Positions 9,230 through 20,875 of a DNA stretch of 64,000 nucleotides are shown here, piece by piece. Location of the stretch: NCBI GenBank assembly GCA_963845755.1, contig CAWJTV010000013.1, forward strand, positions 256,001 through 320,000. Reading direction: 5' to 3'. The notes under the pieces are model-generated. The model was given only the letters and a program-made list of their open reading frames with translations, was not told the DNA's origin and made no database searches. Made by a program: the position numbers and the translations under genes. The first letter of the stretch is position 1; every line of letters begins with the position of its first letter. This DNA is from an uncultured Planctomycetota bacterium. Its GTDB lineage: Bacteria > Planctomycetota > Planctomycetia > Isosphaerales > Isosphaeraceae.

Positions 9230-11032
9230 CTCGGAGCAGTGGCGTTTTCCAAACTCGGCTATGTGCCCGCAGCCGAATTCGTGTACCGATGGGAGATGTT
9301 CGGACTCTCAGGCCATGACATCTACATCTTCAAGAAACTCCTGGGAACCATCCGAGGGGCAAACCCAGACTTCCGCAAGACTCTTGCGGAGGTGGCACTC
9401 CAGAAGATCTCAAATCCCAGCGGCGCAGCCGAGCACCTAAAGGCCGTGGCCGTGCTTTCTTCTCTCGGCGATGACCGCCTCGTGGCACACCTGGAGGGCC
9501 GCCTCGCCGAGAACGGCCTGCTCGGTAGGTATGAAAACCATGCCCTGATCGCCCTGGGAACAGATGCAGCGGGGGCCTTGTTCGCCCGCTCCGTGATGGC
9601 GGTCGGGGCAAGGCTCGCCGGACTTCCTAACGACCATGCCAACCACGATGCCCGCAACAGGCTCATCTCCCTCGTCCGTTCTAATACATATGATACGCGT
9701 TACTTGCTAACTCCGGCTTTCGAACCGCATCTCAAAGCACTCATCAAGGCCGACAATCCAGATGTTTCGTGGCTTGCCAGTGCTCTGGCAAAGCGTGGCC
9801 TCATGGCATCGCTACTCTACTCGGCCGTCGTAGTAGGCGATCCGCCAGGCGAGTTGGATTTGCATCGCAACCAACAACGAGCCTGCGTCACCACTGACGT
9901 TTGGCTGGGATGGTGGCGGCAATCCACCGACTCCGGCTTGAGACGAAGACTGCTGGGCCTTCTCCCGCTTTGCCCGAGTGCCGAGGTTGAAAAGATCCTT
10001 ATCGAATGTCTCGATTCGGCCGAACTTCGTGGATCAGCCGCCCGAGAACTCGGAGACTACGGTGTTGTCCGTTCGGCGGCTGATCTGCGGGGAATACTGG
10101 CGGAAGAGATTACTGCGGGCGACCATTGGGGCAGGTACGGAGCGGTCCGTGCTTTGGGTGCCTTGCGAGACGAGGCCGCAGTGCCCCTCTTGGAGAAGAC
10201 CGCGGCAGAGTATCCACTCGACTGGATTGTAGGAGAAGCGGTGTCGAGCCTTGGCCTTATCGGCACTCCGGCGGCGGAATGTGCTTTGGACCGACTCCTT
10301 CAGTGTGGAAAGGCGGGAGAGTTTGAGGAGATGGTCCTCGAAGCCCTGTTATACTGCGGTTCCGCGCCAGCAGTTTCAATCGTTGTGAATCGCGCAAGAT
10401 CGAGAATGGATGGTCCCCGTTGGCTCTGCGATCGCCTCGTCGGGCTTAGCGACTTCCGTGGGTGGAGCCAAGGTGAATACTACACCGACATTTACACCGA
10501 CGAGTTGGTGGACTATCTGACGTCACATTACCAGACGGGCTCGCCAGGACAGGATTGGAAGTTGGGAGAAGCCTTTCGCCAGATCGACAGTCCGGCCGTC
10601 CGGACCTTGCTGCGGAAGTGGGCGGACCGACGAGGATCACCCCAAGATTCGTTGATGCGAGAGAACGGACGCCGACGAATATCCGATGTTTGCCTCGAGG
10701 AATTGAGGGACCGAGGCGATGAATCGGCTATCGATTTTACCCTTGATGGGCGAGCAGAGGATAAGGACAACATTTACGTCCTGGCGACAGCCGACCTCCT
10801 CCGCACATTCCCGGCTACGGCTGTCGCCGAGCGTTTACGCCTGCGGCTGGCCGCAGCGACGACTACATCGCAGGTTGTGCGAATGCTCTGTCTTCTCGGG
10901 AGATTTGGTGAAGCGGCCGATGTAGACCGGGCCAACCGTTTCCTGGACCATCCTGACGACCTGGTGGCGAGCGTTGCCTGTACGACTGTGCTCAGGCTGA
11001 GTGACCCGATGCTCCTACCGGACCGCTGGTGA
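9230..11032 (+). CDS. 3' part of interrupted STAND protein: HEAT/PBS-lyase repeat domain
   Basis: RGSAARELGDYG, YGAVRALGALRDEAAVPLL, GEAVSSLGLIG repeats; no RBS; in frame with the 5' part across the insertion. Confidence 0.8.
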   Translation, partial: LGAVAFSKLGYVPAAEFVYRWEMFGLSGHDIYIFKKLLGTIRGANPDFRKTLAEVALQKISNPSGAAEHLKAVAVLSSLGDDRLVAHLEGRLAENGLLGRYENHALIALGTDAAGALFARSVMAVGARLAGLPNDHANHDARNRLISLVRSNTYDTRYLLTPAFEPHLKALIKADNPDVSWLASALAKRGLMASLLYSAVVVGDPPGELDLHRNQQRACVTTDVWLGWWRQSTDSGLRRRLLGLLPLCPSAEVEKILIECLDSAELRGSAARELGDYGVVRSAADLRGILAEEITAGDHWGRYGAVRALGALRDEAAVPLLEKTAAEYPLDWIVGEAVSSLGLIGTPAAECALDRLLQCGKAGEFEEMVLEALLYCGSAPAVSIVVNRARSRMDGPRWLCDRLVGLSDFRGWSQGEYYTDIYTDELVDYLTSHYQTGSPGQDWKLGEAFRQIDSPAVRTLLRKWADRRGSPQDSLMRENGRRRISDVCLEELRDRGDESAIDFTLDGRAEDKDNIYVLATADLLRTFPATAVAERLRLRLAAATTTSQVVRMLCLLGRFGEAADVDRANRFLDHPDDLVASVACTTVLRLSDPMLLPDRW

Positions 11033-11297
11033 GATATGTAAGGTTGCAGATCGCCCCCATCGAACGCGCCGTTTGAAGAATATCAGGTAGGGGCAGGTCG
11101 AATGGACGCCTCTCGGAGGTCCTCGAACATTCGAGATCGACTACGTGAAGGACAACGCGCTGGAGGGGTATTGCTGAGAAACGACCAAACTCCACAGGAC
11201 GACGGTCGGCAAGGCGACCGTGGCGCGGTGGAAAAGACGGGTTGGCTCGCTGCAGTTGCCTCGGGTGCTCTCGCGGGTTGGGTGCGCCCGAGGAAGA

Positions 11298-11344
11298 CCC
11301 CTCACCCGCCCTTCGGGCACCCTCTCGCCCTGCGGGGGCAAGGG
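11298..11344 (+). repeat. REP-like palindromic intergenic element
   Basis: cccctcacc-cgccc-ttcg-ggca-ccctctcgccc...aggg; stem-loop with TTCG loop typical of REP/RIME-like repeats; single copy in window. Confidence 0.5.
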
Positions 11345-11362
11345 ATTGGAACACGCCGCACT

Positions 11363-11656
11363 TCAAGAAGCGATCACGTACCTCGAGGCGGATTGCGGGG
11401 GTCGAGGGCGCCTCGTGGATGTTGGACAGCCGGGGCCTGAGCCGCACGGACGAAGCGAGGGTACGAGGTGGCCCTCGACGAGCTTGATGAGCTTATCGAG
11501 GTCCGTCTTCTTCTTCAAACCCAGTGCCGTGCGGAGGCCGACGGGCTCATGGAGGGCGTGCTCGTAGAACGCCTCGGCGGTGGCGATGCCGTAGCGACTC
11601 TCGAGGAGCTGGGCACTCTCCGCTGGGAAGGTCGGGATTTCGTCGAGGTATTTCAC
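11363..11656 (-). CDS. Small hypothetical protein, possibly frameshifted at the 3' end
   Basis: VKYLDEIPTFPAESAQLLESRYGIATAEAFYEH... has protein-like composition and GC3-rich codons. Confidence 0.45.
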   Translation of the reverse strand: MKYLDEIPTFPAESAQLLESRYGIATAEAFYEHALHEPVGLRTALGLKKKTDLDKLIKLVEGHLVPSLRPCGSGPGCPTSTRRPRPPQSASRYVIAS

Positions 11657-11900
11657 GGGCCTGGCTCTTGGGGATGAATGTCCCATCCTGCATTGTATGA
11701 CTTGCCCCCCTCTGCGTCACCCACACCGATTCGCTTCACGCTGAACCGGCGTGGCTGGTCGTTGGGGTTCGGTGGGCCGGTCGTCGGCCTGCCCGCCGAT
11801 TCCGTGAGCGCTCTGGCAAATCCGGGGGTTCGTGGGGACAATCGACGCTCACGAACGGTCGGAGACCTGGAACGCACTCCAATTCCCGAAGGCCCGCGAG

Positions 11901-12203
11901 ATGTCCACTGCATCGAATGTGTCGGTTGGTCTGATCGCACTCGTGTGGTTCGCGCTGAGCGGGGTGCGCCCGGGCTTCGCCAGCGGCGTGGAGCCCGAGG
12001 GTGCGAGAGGAGAGGCCGCCGCACATCGCGATGTGCACTCGTACGGCAATCCGGATCTGGTGCGGGTCCGGCGGGTCGCGCTCGACCTCAGCGTGGACTT
12101 CGACCGTCGCGAGCTGAAGGGCGAGGCGGTCCTTGACATTCAACGACAAGATGGCGGTCCGCCCGCTCCTGGAGAGATGGGTGGCGAGGCAGAGGGGCCT
12201 TGA
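11901..12203 (+). pseudogene. N-terminal stub of M1-family aminopeptidase (leukotriene A4 hydrolase-like)
   Basis: Signal-like peptide then DVHSYGNPDLVRVRRVALDLSVDFDRRELKGEAVLD; stops after ~100 aa. Confidence 0.65.
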
Positions 12204-13727
12204 GGGGTGGCAGGCCGCGATCGTCCGCGGCCTGATCGACTACGAATCCCGGCGGCTGCGCTTCGTCTGCGACGATCCCTCGCTGAGGGACGGGCGCTGA
12301 CGACGGGGGCGAGCTGGGCGGCCATCGAGGCCGGGGGCGACATCTCCGGGGTGCTCGAGCGATCCAGAGCGGGCTTACCTTGACCCCCGAGCTGCTCGCG
12401 GCGCAGGTCGTCCTATTCGTCCGGAAGATCAACGGATCGCTCGCCGCGTACACCCTCGACGACGCCTCGCACCCCGCGCTCTGCGGAACGACGCGGCGCT
12501 GATCTCCGCGATCGAGCGGCGACCGGAATGACCCTGGGGTGGGGCGGCAGGGCCGCCCCACCCCGCCGCCGTGATCAGAACGCGTCGCGCATCCAGGGCG
12601 AAAGGCCGGCGAACACATGGCGAGGCGCTCGAGGTCCGCCTCCGATCCCTCGATCACCCCCAGCGAGGCCAGCGCCGTCGGCGGCAGGTGCCCGGTGAAC
12701 AGGACGGCGCGGCCCCGGACGCCGAGCCGACCCTCAGCCGCCCGTCGATCATACTGTAATTGTATACAAATCAAGGCCAGAGGCTTAGAATAAGTCAAGG
12801 CTCCTTGCGCGTCTTGAGATGCGTGAGGCGTCTTCGTGATAGCGTGAGTGAGCCATTGTGTTCTAGTTTCGGCTAGGCTCTCTCTGGCTTTAGTCGCGCG
12901 TACGCTGACAGGCCTGTTCGGGCGTTTGGATATCTCTGTTCGGGAATCACCGATGGAGGGCTTTGTCCATTATGGCCACCAGCCATAAAGCAAACTAGTC
13001 CAACAAATTACAAATGATCGACCATGAGGCCACCAAGGTCTCGGGCTTGAGTTTACTCGGTCTCGCTAGTTTACCATGTCGTCACCTTGATGGGCCGATT
13101 CTGACCATTCAGCCCCTGCGGATCCAATAGCCAACTGGTAAACAGGACCGACAGGACTCTCTGGTGGTGCCTCATTAGTGATCTGTCGGTCTAGTTGACT
13201 GCGAGGTTGTTGTAACGGGTGCCCGAGGCACGATACTCTTCCTACCAGCTCACCACCTGCTCTATGATGTGTCGCCGCCGAGAGGTGGCTTTGCTTTGTC
13301 GTAGTGCTCGTCGCGTGGCTGGATGGAACGTGCGGGAATGACCGCTCCGATGCGCCTCAGGCCGACACGACTGCTGGATGCGCGGAGAGCTATACCGCTC
13401 GTCGCCAGCGAGTCGCCGTGGTCGGCGACTTCGGCCGCGGCGGTGGTGAAACAGCCGACGGGCCATCGCGGTGCCACTGCCACCTCAGGCGCCGGTGCCC
13501 GGAGCGGTCTGGCTCGAGCGAGTGGACTGCTTGGATCACGCCCGTCGAGGTCTCGCTCCTCGGGTGGGCCGGCTGGGTCGCTCGTCGTGGGTCCCGGGGG
13601 ATGAGCCGCTCGCCAAGGGCCAGCCTCTACTCCGATTCATTATATTAAAGTGCATTTAATTTACTGAGATGATAGTGGTTGATCGTCCTCCGAAACTGCG
13701 TTACAGTGAGGTCATATTACTTAATAT

Positions 13728-14716
13728 ATGAGCAAACAGATTTCGAAAGCCGAATCGCCCTGGAGCACCGAAGCCGTGGACGCCCATGCCGCCCTCCGGG
13801 CTGCACGGGGGTCGATGGATGTTCGGATGGCCGAGTTGGAAGACGGCGTGCGCGATCTCCGGGCCAGGCTTCACGTCGATCCCACCGGGTCGCCCAAGCA
13901 ATGTCCCACCGGCCCGATCGGACTGAAACGAAAGCCACTGACTCCGCCGTCCTGGCGAAAACGCGGGGGACAGCCCAGCCATCAGGAGGCGTTTCGAGCC
14001 CGGGTCCCTCCCGAGAATCCTCGCTCCTCCCGCGACTGCAGGCCCTGCGACTGCCGACTCTGCGGCTGCGCGCCGGACGGGCGAGCCCCCAACCCCCTGA
14101 TCCATCAGGTCGCCGATCTGCTCGAGATCGCGCCGCCGTTCGACGAGTATCGCCGGCGTCGTCCGAGACGGTCGGGCTCGGGGGCGACCGCCTGCGTCAC
14201 GCCGCCAGAGGATGTCCGCGCCGGCAGATTCGGGCCGCACGATCGAGTCGAACGCGCGACCCGCGCGGGTGCCTACAGGCTCGGCAAGTGGCAGGTCAAC
14301 CCGCTCGCCAGCGAGGTTCTGGTGCTGCCGACTTCCACCGGGATGATTTCCAGGTTTGGAGCAGCCGGCTCACGTGTTCGATTCCTCCTTCAACGGGCCG
14401 GCCGCCGTCCGCGCGGCGGAGGTGAAGCACAACGCAACGGGGCACGCCGAGCGGCAGGGAGTGATCTGGCGTCGGATCAGCCGAAGGACCGACAGGGCGC
14501 AGGGGAGTTCGTTCGTCGAACGGAATGTTGGTGGCAGTCGCCGCGAGCCGACTGCAAGAACGGCTCGTACCGGACCACCTTGGATGCCGTTTCGACGCGG
14601 CTCGAAGCGGCTGAGCGATCTCCCCACTCATCTCGGCGATGTTATCGAAGTTCAAAGTCGCCTGATCCCACCTACGGCGCCCTATCTACGCGCATGGGAA
14701 TTTTTTGAGGAGTTAC
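13728..14716 (+). pseudogene. Degenerate IS66-family transposase
   Basis: PIGLKRKP.TPPS.RKRGGQPSH, CRPCDCRLCG, HQVADLLEI; 3' part NATGHAER..VIWRRISRRT...FVER; ends in IS66-like ...GAGTTAC. Confidence 0.7.
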
Positions 14717-14719
14717 AAC

Positions 14720-15175
14720 TTGGCTGACGAACTCTTGTCTCGTCGCTCCTGCTTTCGCGAGGGAACTCGGATTCGACTGGCTGATGGCCAGCTGTGGACA
14801 TTCCCCGCTCCCCCGAAAGCGTCGGCATGGGAAGCGTCACCATTAGGGACCGAATACACGGGCCTTATCCAAGCGCTCAACGAGGCAGGAGATCGTTCTG
14901 AAGCACGCCTCACCGAACTGGCACTCGCTGTCTTCTTGCTCGGGCACAATTATTCCTTATCACCGACAGACTACCAGCACCTGCTCAGCTCCAACTCGGA
15001 ATCCCCGGACGCGACCGAGTGGCAGGTTGCCTTTCACGACATCGCGCTGGAACACCTTCTCTCCTTCCGGGAGTCGTCCGATCCCCTCGACAGGAAGCCG
15101 TTGCCCACCGTGTCGAAGATCTTCTCTCGGCTGCTGGATCGGCTTCGAAGAGTCCTTCCATCCGGGTTCCGATGA
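14720..15175 (+). CDS. Hypothetical protein
   Basis: Clean ORF (RLADGQLWTFPAPP...ELALAVFLLGHNYSLSP); start uncertain. Confidence 0.55.
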   Translation: MADELLSRRSCFREGTRIRLADGQLWTFPAPPKASAWEASPLGTEYTGLIQALNEAGDRSEARLTELALAVFLLGHNYSLSPTDYQHLLSSNSESPDATEWQVAFHDIALEHLLSFRESSDPLDRKPLPTVSKIFSRLLDRLRRVLPSGFR

Positions 15176-15377
15176 ATTTAACATTTTAAATTTGATGATA
15201 AGATAACGGAAGACGTCTCCTCGGCTTTGCCTACGCGGCTGACAATGGCGTGGCAGAGCACCTCGATGGCGCACTTGAGCCGGACGGTGGCGCGGACGCG
15301 GCGCGCAGCACTTGAGCCGAGTCGATGCCCTGTTTGCCCCCGGCCTTGAGCAGCCCCAGCGCCTTACGGCGATCTAG

Positions 15378-15786
15378 TGTCTTGCTTCAGACGGAAATGG
15401 AGAGGCGCCCCACCCGAGTTATATGAATAGCTCGGCAGGAGCCTCACCATGCGAAAGCCCCGAAAGAACGATACGCCTGTCGAGAAGGTCGCCATTTTGC
15501 GACGGCACCTGATCGACCACGTTCCGTCTCGGACCTCTGCGACGAGCATCAGTTCTCCCCCACCTTGTTCTACCAGCGGCAGAAGCCGTTCTTGGAGAAC
15601 GGCCCGGCCGCCTTCCAGCGGAAGAGCCCCGCGCCCGATGGACACCTCCAGTGCACCATCGCCGCCCTGCGCGACAAGCTCAGCGCAAGGACGAGGTCGT
15701 CTCGGAGTTGATGGAGGAACATATCAAATTAAAAAAGAGCTTGGGGAGCTCTGAACGGAGTCTGGGTTCCCCACGACACCCGGGAC
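15378..15786 (+). pseudogene. IS3-family remnant (left end, orfA, start of orfB), truncated by ISKra4 insertion
   Basis: 5'-TG end; MRKPRKNDTPVEKVAILRRHLIDHVP; A-run slippery site AAAAAAG at ~15731. Confidence 0.7.
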
Positions 15787-17246
15787 GGGTGCGGTCGAAA
15801 GTTGATGTCGCACTGTAGTCAATGAGATTCTCATGTCAAGCTGCAACCGGAAACCCGTACTGGTCCACCTTCGACCAGAACTGGTCCCAGCGTTCCGGCG
15901 TGTAGGTGAGGCACGGCAGGCTCAGGACCGCCGCCGCTCCCCCTTCCTTCCCCCGCATTCCCGAGCCGCACAGCCGCTGCTTCACGATCACCTTGCACGC
16001 CGCCTCGGTCACCCCCGAGCCGATCGGATCATTGATCACCACCCGCGCCGTATAGTTCATTCGCCCCTGGCCATGCTGGTTCGCGAAGTACCTCAGCGCG
16101 TCGGCGACTTCCTCGCTGTCCTTGGTCCACGGCCGGACCTGGGCCTTGGACCACAGCTCCCGGATCATCCGCCCCGCCCCGCCCCGCCGACCTCGTGTTT
16201 GCGGATATGGCACATCTCCTCCAGCCACACCCGCCGCGCCCCGTCTTGGCCGCGGAACAGGACGCCGCCGCCGCGCCCAGGTATTCCGCGGCGTGCCAGA
16301 AGTTGACGACTTGCACCTCAGTGTGCCGCTCCAAGAAATCCCAATTCCCCTGGGCCTCGCCAGCGATCCCGATGAACTGGACCTCCGGGAGTTCCGCCCG
16401 GCGCGCTCCACTTCCCGAGTCATCCGCTTCAGGAACGTCGCCTTGCCATATTCGGGGGTACCCCCAGGTAGATCGTATGCAGCCGCTGCCCCTGCTCATC
16501 GTAGAAGTTCAACGTCCCGACCATGACCTCGCGCCAGCCGTCCTCACTCAGATGCATGCAGGGCCCGTTCAGGCCGACGCTCACCGCCGCCGGTGGGTCG
16601 TGCCATCGCGGCAAGGAGTAGCTCCCCGATTCCTCCTTGGCCAGCGCCACCGCCGCCACGGCGTCGGCCAGGTACTGGACCAGGCACTTGGCGACACAAC
16701 GGCCATGGTTGTCTTGCAGGTCGCGCCGCACCCGTATGGCGCCGAATTCGGCATACTTGCTCGAGACGATCTTGGCGAACAGCGGGGTGGAGGTCACGAT
16801 GATCCGCGCGGTGCGCTTGAACGGACAGAAGGTCGAGCCCCCCTGGGCGGACTGGTAGACGTGCTGCTCGAGGGAGACGGCCCCATAGGGCGTCTGGTAC
16901 TCCTTGGAGAGCTGTCCCTTGCTGGAGAGGGTCGTGGACCCGACCGGGATGGGCGAGCCGTCGGTGTCGAAGCGTCGAAGCTGCTCAGGAGTGGCCAGAG
17001 TGCCAGCCTCGTGGAGTTCCTGTTGGAGCCGGATCTCGAGGTCGAGCATCGAGCGATCGAACGGGACGGTAAGCTGCACCGTGATGCCCTCAGGGGACGA
17101 ATTGACGACCTGGGCGGCCATGGCTTGACTGCTGGAAAGGGCAGTAGATGGAGTCAGGACACCAAGCACCACCGTGAAAATCAACATCAAATTTCGGCCG
17201 CAGCCCGGCTATCCCCCGTATCGACGGGAGCCATGGGACGTGTCCC
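15787..17246 (-). mobile_element. ISKra4-family IS, transposase disrupted
   Basis: RFDTDGSPI, KEYQTPYGAV, DGWREVMVGTL, FWHAAEYL, PIGSGVTEAACKVIVKQRLCGSGMR; GGG...CCC ends. Confidence 0.8.
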
Positions 17247-17266
17247 CTAACGCCCCGCAGGCCCCG

Positions 17267-18528
17267 CAGGGCTCTTCACTTTTTGAAGATACCCAGTTTG
17301 GTGAAGAGCCTTCCGACCTGAGAAGCGTTCCGCCGTATGGTCTCGGCAATATTCGTCGCGCCGGTGGCCCGGAGGAAGCCAATCGCCGCATTGCGCAGAG
17401 CGGCCATGATCTCGGGACCGCAGCCCTTGCGGATGCGACTCGCGTCCTCCCCGAGAGTCACATCGCGCACGTAATGCGACCGATTCTCGATCGACCAGTG
17501 GCCTCGTGCCCACGTCAGCAAGACACCGGCATCGGCCAGCTCCCGCGGGGCGCTGGTGAGGAAATAGCGGGTCTCTTGGGTCGTCTTGCCGTCCTGCTCG
17601 ACCACACTCTCAATCTGGCCGACCTGAGCGACACCGGGCCAATCCAGATACCCGTTCAACGCCGTCGTCGCCTTCAAGGTCCGCCGTTCGCGACGACCAT
17701 GCCCCTTGTCGAGGGTCGTCGCTGTGTCTTGCGTATCGGCCCAGATTTGTCGCTGTTTAGGGGGAAAAAGCCGCTTCGATGGAAGCGGCGAAGGCCATCT
17801 GAATATCGTGGAGTAGCGTCGGTTGGTTCTCTTTGACGAACCACAGATAGTGGCCCTGGGCATCAATCACCTGTTGAGACAGATCGCGTTGGCAGAACAT
17901 GGCGTCGCCGGTGACCAGGCGCCCTTTGAGAACGAGGTCTTGGAGCAACCGGAGGGCGGTCTTGTGCTCGTTGGTCTTGTTCTCGCTGCCCTGAGCGACG
18001 GGAGTCTGGGCCAGCGTGAGCCCTGATTGATGAGCCACCAGGGAGAGCAGATGCACCGCCTTCTCCAGGCCGTCGAAGCTACCACGAGCCGTCTTGCCGT
18101 CCACGGCGAACGCCTCCAGTGGTGTCGGCGGGGTCGAGGTCGCCCCGCCCAGTAACGATTCCGCCCACCGCGTCAGCGCGTCCTCAAAGGCTTTCGGGCT
18201 CAGGGCAATCAAAACCTTGCGGATGCCGCCGAGTTTCGGCGGTGTGCGTGTGAAGCCGAGTTGGTGCATCAGGGCGATGTCTTGGTCGTGTCCCCATTGA
18301 GCGATCGCGGCGTAACTCTTGGCGCCGCACATGATAGCGCAACAGACCAATCCGAGGATGGCCGTCAGGGGATGTCGGCGGCCTCGGCGGCTGCGCGGAT
18401 CGGGGACAGCGGCCAGAAAGGAGAGAAGACTCCCGGCGGTGTGGGCTTCCATGCGAGACCTCCCTGTGGAAAAACGCGGTGGTGCACGGTCTCCTTATCG
18501 ACGAAACCTTCTCGTACCCGCCCACCCG
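17267..18528 (-). mobile_element. ISAs1-family IS (transposase in two ORFs, 17757-18452 and 17276-17866)
   Basis: VPDPRSRRGRRHPL, AVDGKTARGS, VTGDAMFCQR, VKENQPTL, DKGHGRRERR, RGHWSIENRSHYVRDVTLGED; CAGGG end; flanking direct repeat cccgcaggccccgc. Confidence 0.88.
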
Positions 18529-19328
18529 CAGGCCCCGCGGGCGCCTGGACTTCGACATTGGTGTCCTCCCCCGAGCCATGAACCGGATCGGTAAGAATAT
18601 CGCGGGGTTGCTCGTCGAATGGGATGCAGCCACGCCCCGTCCGATCGGGCCTCTCGCGCGTCCCGTCCGTCTTCCATGCTCGACGCGACGTGGCGAGGTC
18701 TCCCGATCAGGCCCCGCGGCCGACCGACGATCTCCCGTCACTCGCACAGGGAGAACTTCGGTCCGGGTCTACGGCGGGATCTGGAGACCCACGCCGAGCG
18801 CGGGAACTCCATTCAAAGGACGGCTCTTCGGGTTCGTATGAGCCGCCTGCAACCCAAGCGTGAGACGATGCAGGCTACCTCGTCGGCGATCGCTACGAAG
18901 CGTGGGATTGACGATCTCTTGTCCACTATGTCGTCGATTCAATCATCGGCATGTTGCCAAATCGCCACACTTGAAGCCTATCAATCACATTCCGATGGCA
19001 TCCTGCGCAAGATCAGCCGTGCTGATGGTAATTCCAAGCTAGATTTGAAACAGCCTGATAAGCGCATTGTTTTTCGGGTGCACGGGAACCCCTGCTTGCA
19101 ACCGACGGGCACGGAGTGCTGCGCACTAGAATGTGGTGAGGGATCACGATCACGAAATGCGGCATTTCGCGAGACGGGGATTGCCCAGGGCGTCGGCAAG
19201 TACGACGTCTCCGCATCGGAGCGGACCTCGTTGCGGTGAGGCCGTTTGATGAGACGATTTGCAGACCGGGCGGACGACCCGATTCGTCACAACTCGGCGA
19301 CTCTTGAATGCCCTCTCAGGAGTGGCCC

Positions 19329-19598
19329 TTGATGGAGATCGAAGATATGCACTCGCTTACCGGTCCGCAGGAGGATGAGCCGGCGTCGATTCCGTCTCGA
19401 GTTCAGGGTGCCTCCGCGGAGCCGGTTCGCGTCACTCCGGGCCCGATCAATCCGGCTCCGCACGCGACCGCACCGGATGCCATGGGACTGCTACGGGCCT
19501 TCCGACGTCGTTGGCGGCTGGCAATCGGTGCCGGCGTGCTCCTCGGTGGGATCGCGGCCGTCGCCGCCTGGTATCCACCCCAGGTGGCTCAAAAATGA
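19329..19598 (+). pseudogene. Truncated wzc copy 1 (N-terminus to first TM helix)
   Basis: MEIEDMHSLTGPQEDE...AAWYPPQVAQK*. Confidence 0.85.
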
Positions 19599-20101
19599 CG
19601 CGAAATGTTAATAAGGCACGATTTTCCTAATAATGCTATAAAGGTCGAAATTGGGAAAAACGATCGGTAGAGGCTTGATACCGGACTCTATCCGGATTAT
19701 AACGATATCACTCGCTCACTGACGAGCGGGACACAGCAAGAATCCAACGACGGTTCCATCATAGCAGATGATTCGAGATCGGCCTGAGGAACGGTGAGAC
19801 AAGGTTGTCTCGGATTGTTGCATCCTAAGACGCGTCGTTTCTCGGGTGCACGGCAACCTCTGCTTGCAACCGACGGGCACGGAGTGTGCGCCCTACGAAT
19901 GCGGTGATCAGAGGGATCACGATCACGAAATGCGGCGTTTCGCGAGACGGGGATTGCCCAGGGCATCGGCAAGAACGATCTCTCCGCGTCGGACCGGACC
20001 TCATTGCGGCGAGGTCGTTTGATGAGACGATTTGCAGACCGGGCGGACGACCCGATTCGTCACAACTCGGCGATTCTCGATTGCACGCTCAGGAGTAGTC
20101 C

Positions 20102-20365
20102 TTGATGGAGATTAAAGGTATACACTCGCTTACCGGTCCGCAGGAGGATGAGCCGGCGTCGATTCCGTCTCGAGTTCAGGGTGCCTCCGCGGAGCCGGTT
20201 CGCGTCACTCCGGGCCCGATCAGTCCGGCTCCGCACGCGACCGCACCGGATGCCATGGGACTGCTACGGGCCTTCCGACGTCGCTGGCGGCTGGCAATCG
20301 GTGCCGGCGTGCTCCTCGGTGGGATCGCGGCCGTCGCCGCCTGGTATCCACCCCAGGTGGCTTAA
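20102..20365 (+). pseudogene. Truncated wzc copy 2
   Basis: Identical to the first 82 aa of the full gene, then PPQVA*. Confidence 0.85.
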
Positions 20366-20875
20366 AAATGACGCGAAATGTTAATAAGGCACGATTTTCC
20401 TAATAATGCTATAAAGGTCGAAATTGGGAAACAACGATCGGTAGAGGCTTGAAACCGGACTCTATCCGGATTATAACGATATCACTCGCTCACTGACGAG
20501 CGGGACACAGCAAGAATCCAACGACGGTTCCATCATAGCAGATGATTCGAGATCGGCCTGAGGAACGGTGAGACAAGGTTGTCTCGGGTTGTTGCATCCT
20601 AAGACGCGTCGTTTCTCGGGTGCACGGGAACCCCTGCTTGCAACCGACGGGCACGGAGTGTGCCGCCTAGAATGCGGTGATCAGAGGGATCACGATATCA
20701 CGAATGCGGCATTTCGCGAGACGTGGATTGCCCAGGGCGTCGGCAAGAACGATCTCTCCGCGTCGGACCGGACCTCATTGCGGCGAGGTCGTTTGATGAG
20801 ACGATTTGCAGACCGGGCGGACGACCCGATTCGTCACAACTCGGCGATTCTCGATTGTACGCTCAGGAGTAGTCC

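Noticed and set aside
9239..11032. Stand-alone HEAT-repeat gene
   Set aside because: It begins right at the element boundary without an RBS and joins in frame to the upstream STAND gene.
16195..17836. Long plus-strand ORFs (351 and 220 aa) and similar antisense ORFs such as 46846-48048 and 59203-60318
   Set aside because: Shadow ORFs opposite well-supported genes in GC-rich DNA.
19576..20100. Riboswitch in the repeated wzc leader
   Set aside because: Hairpins exist (e.g. ccgga-ctcta-tccgg), but I could not match a known riboswitch consensus; an Rfam scan is needed.
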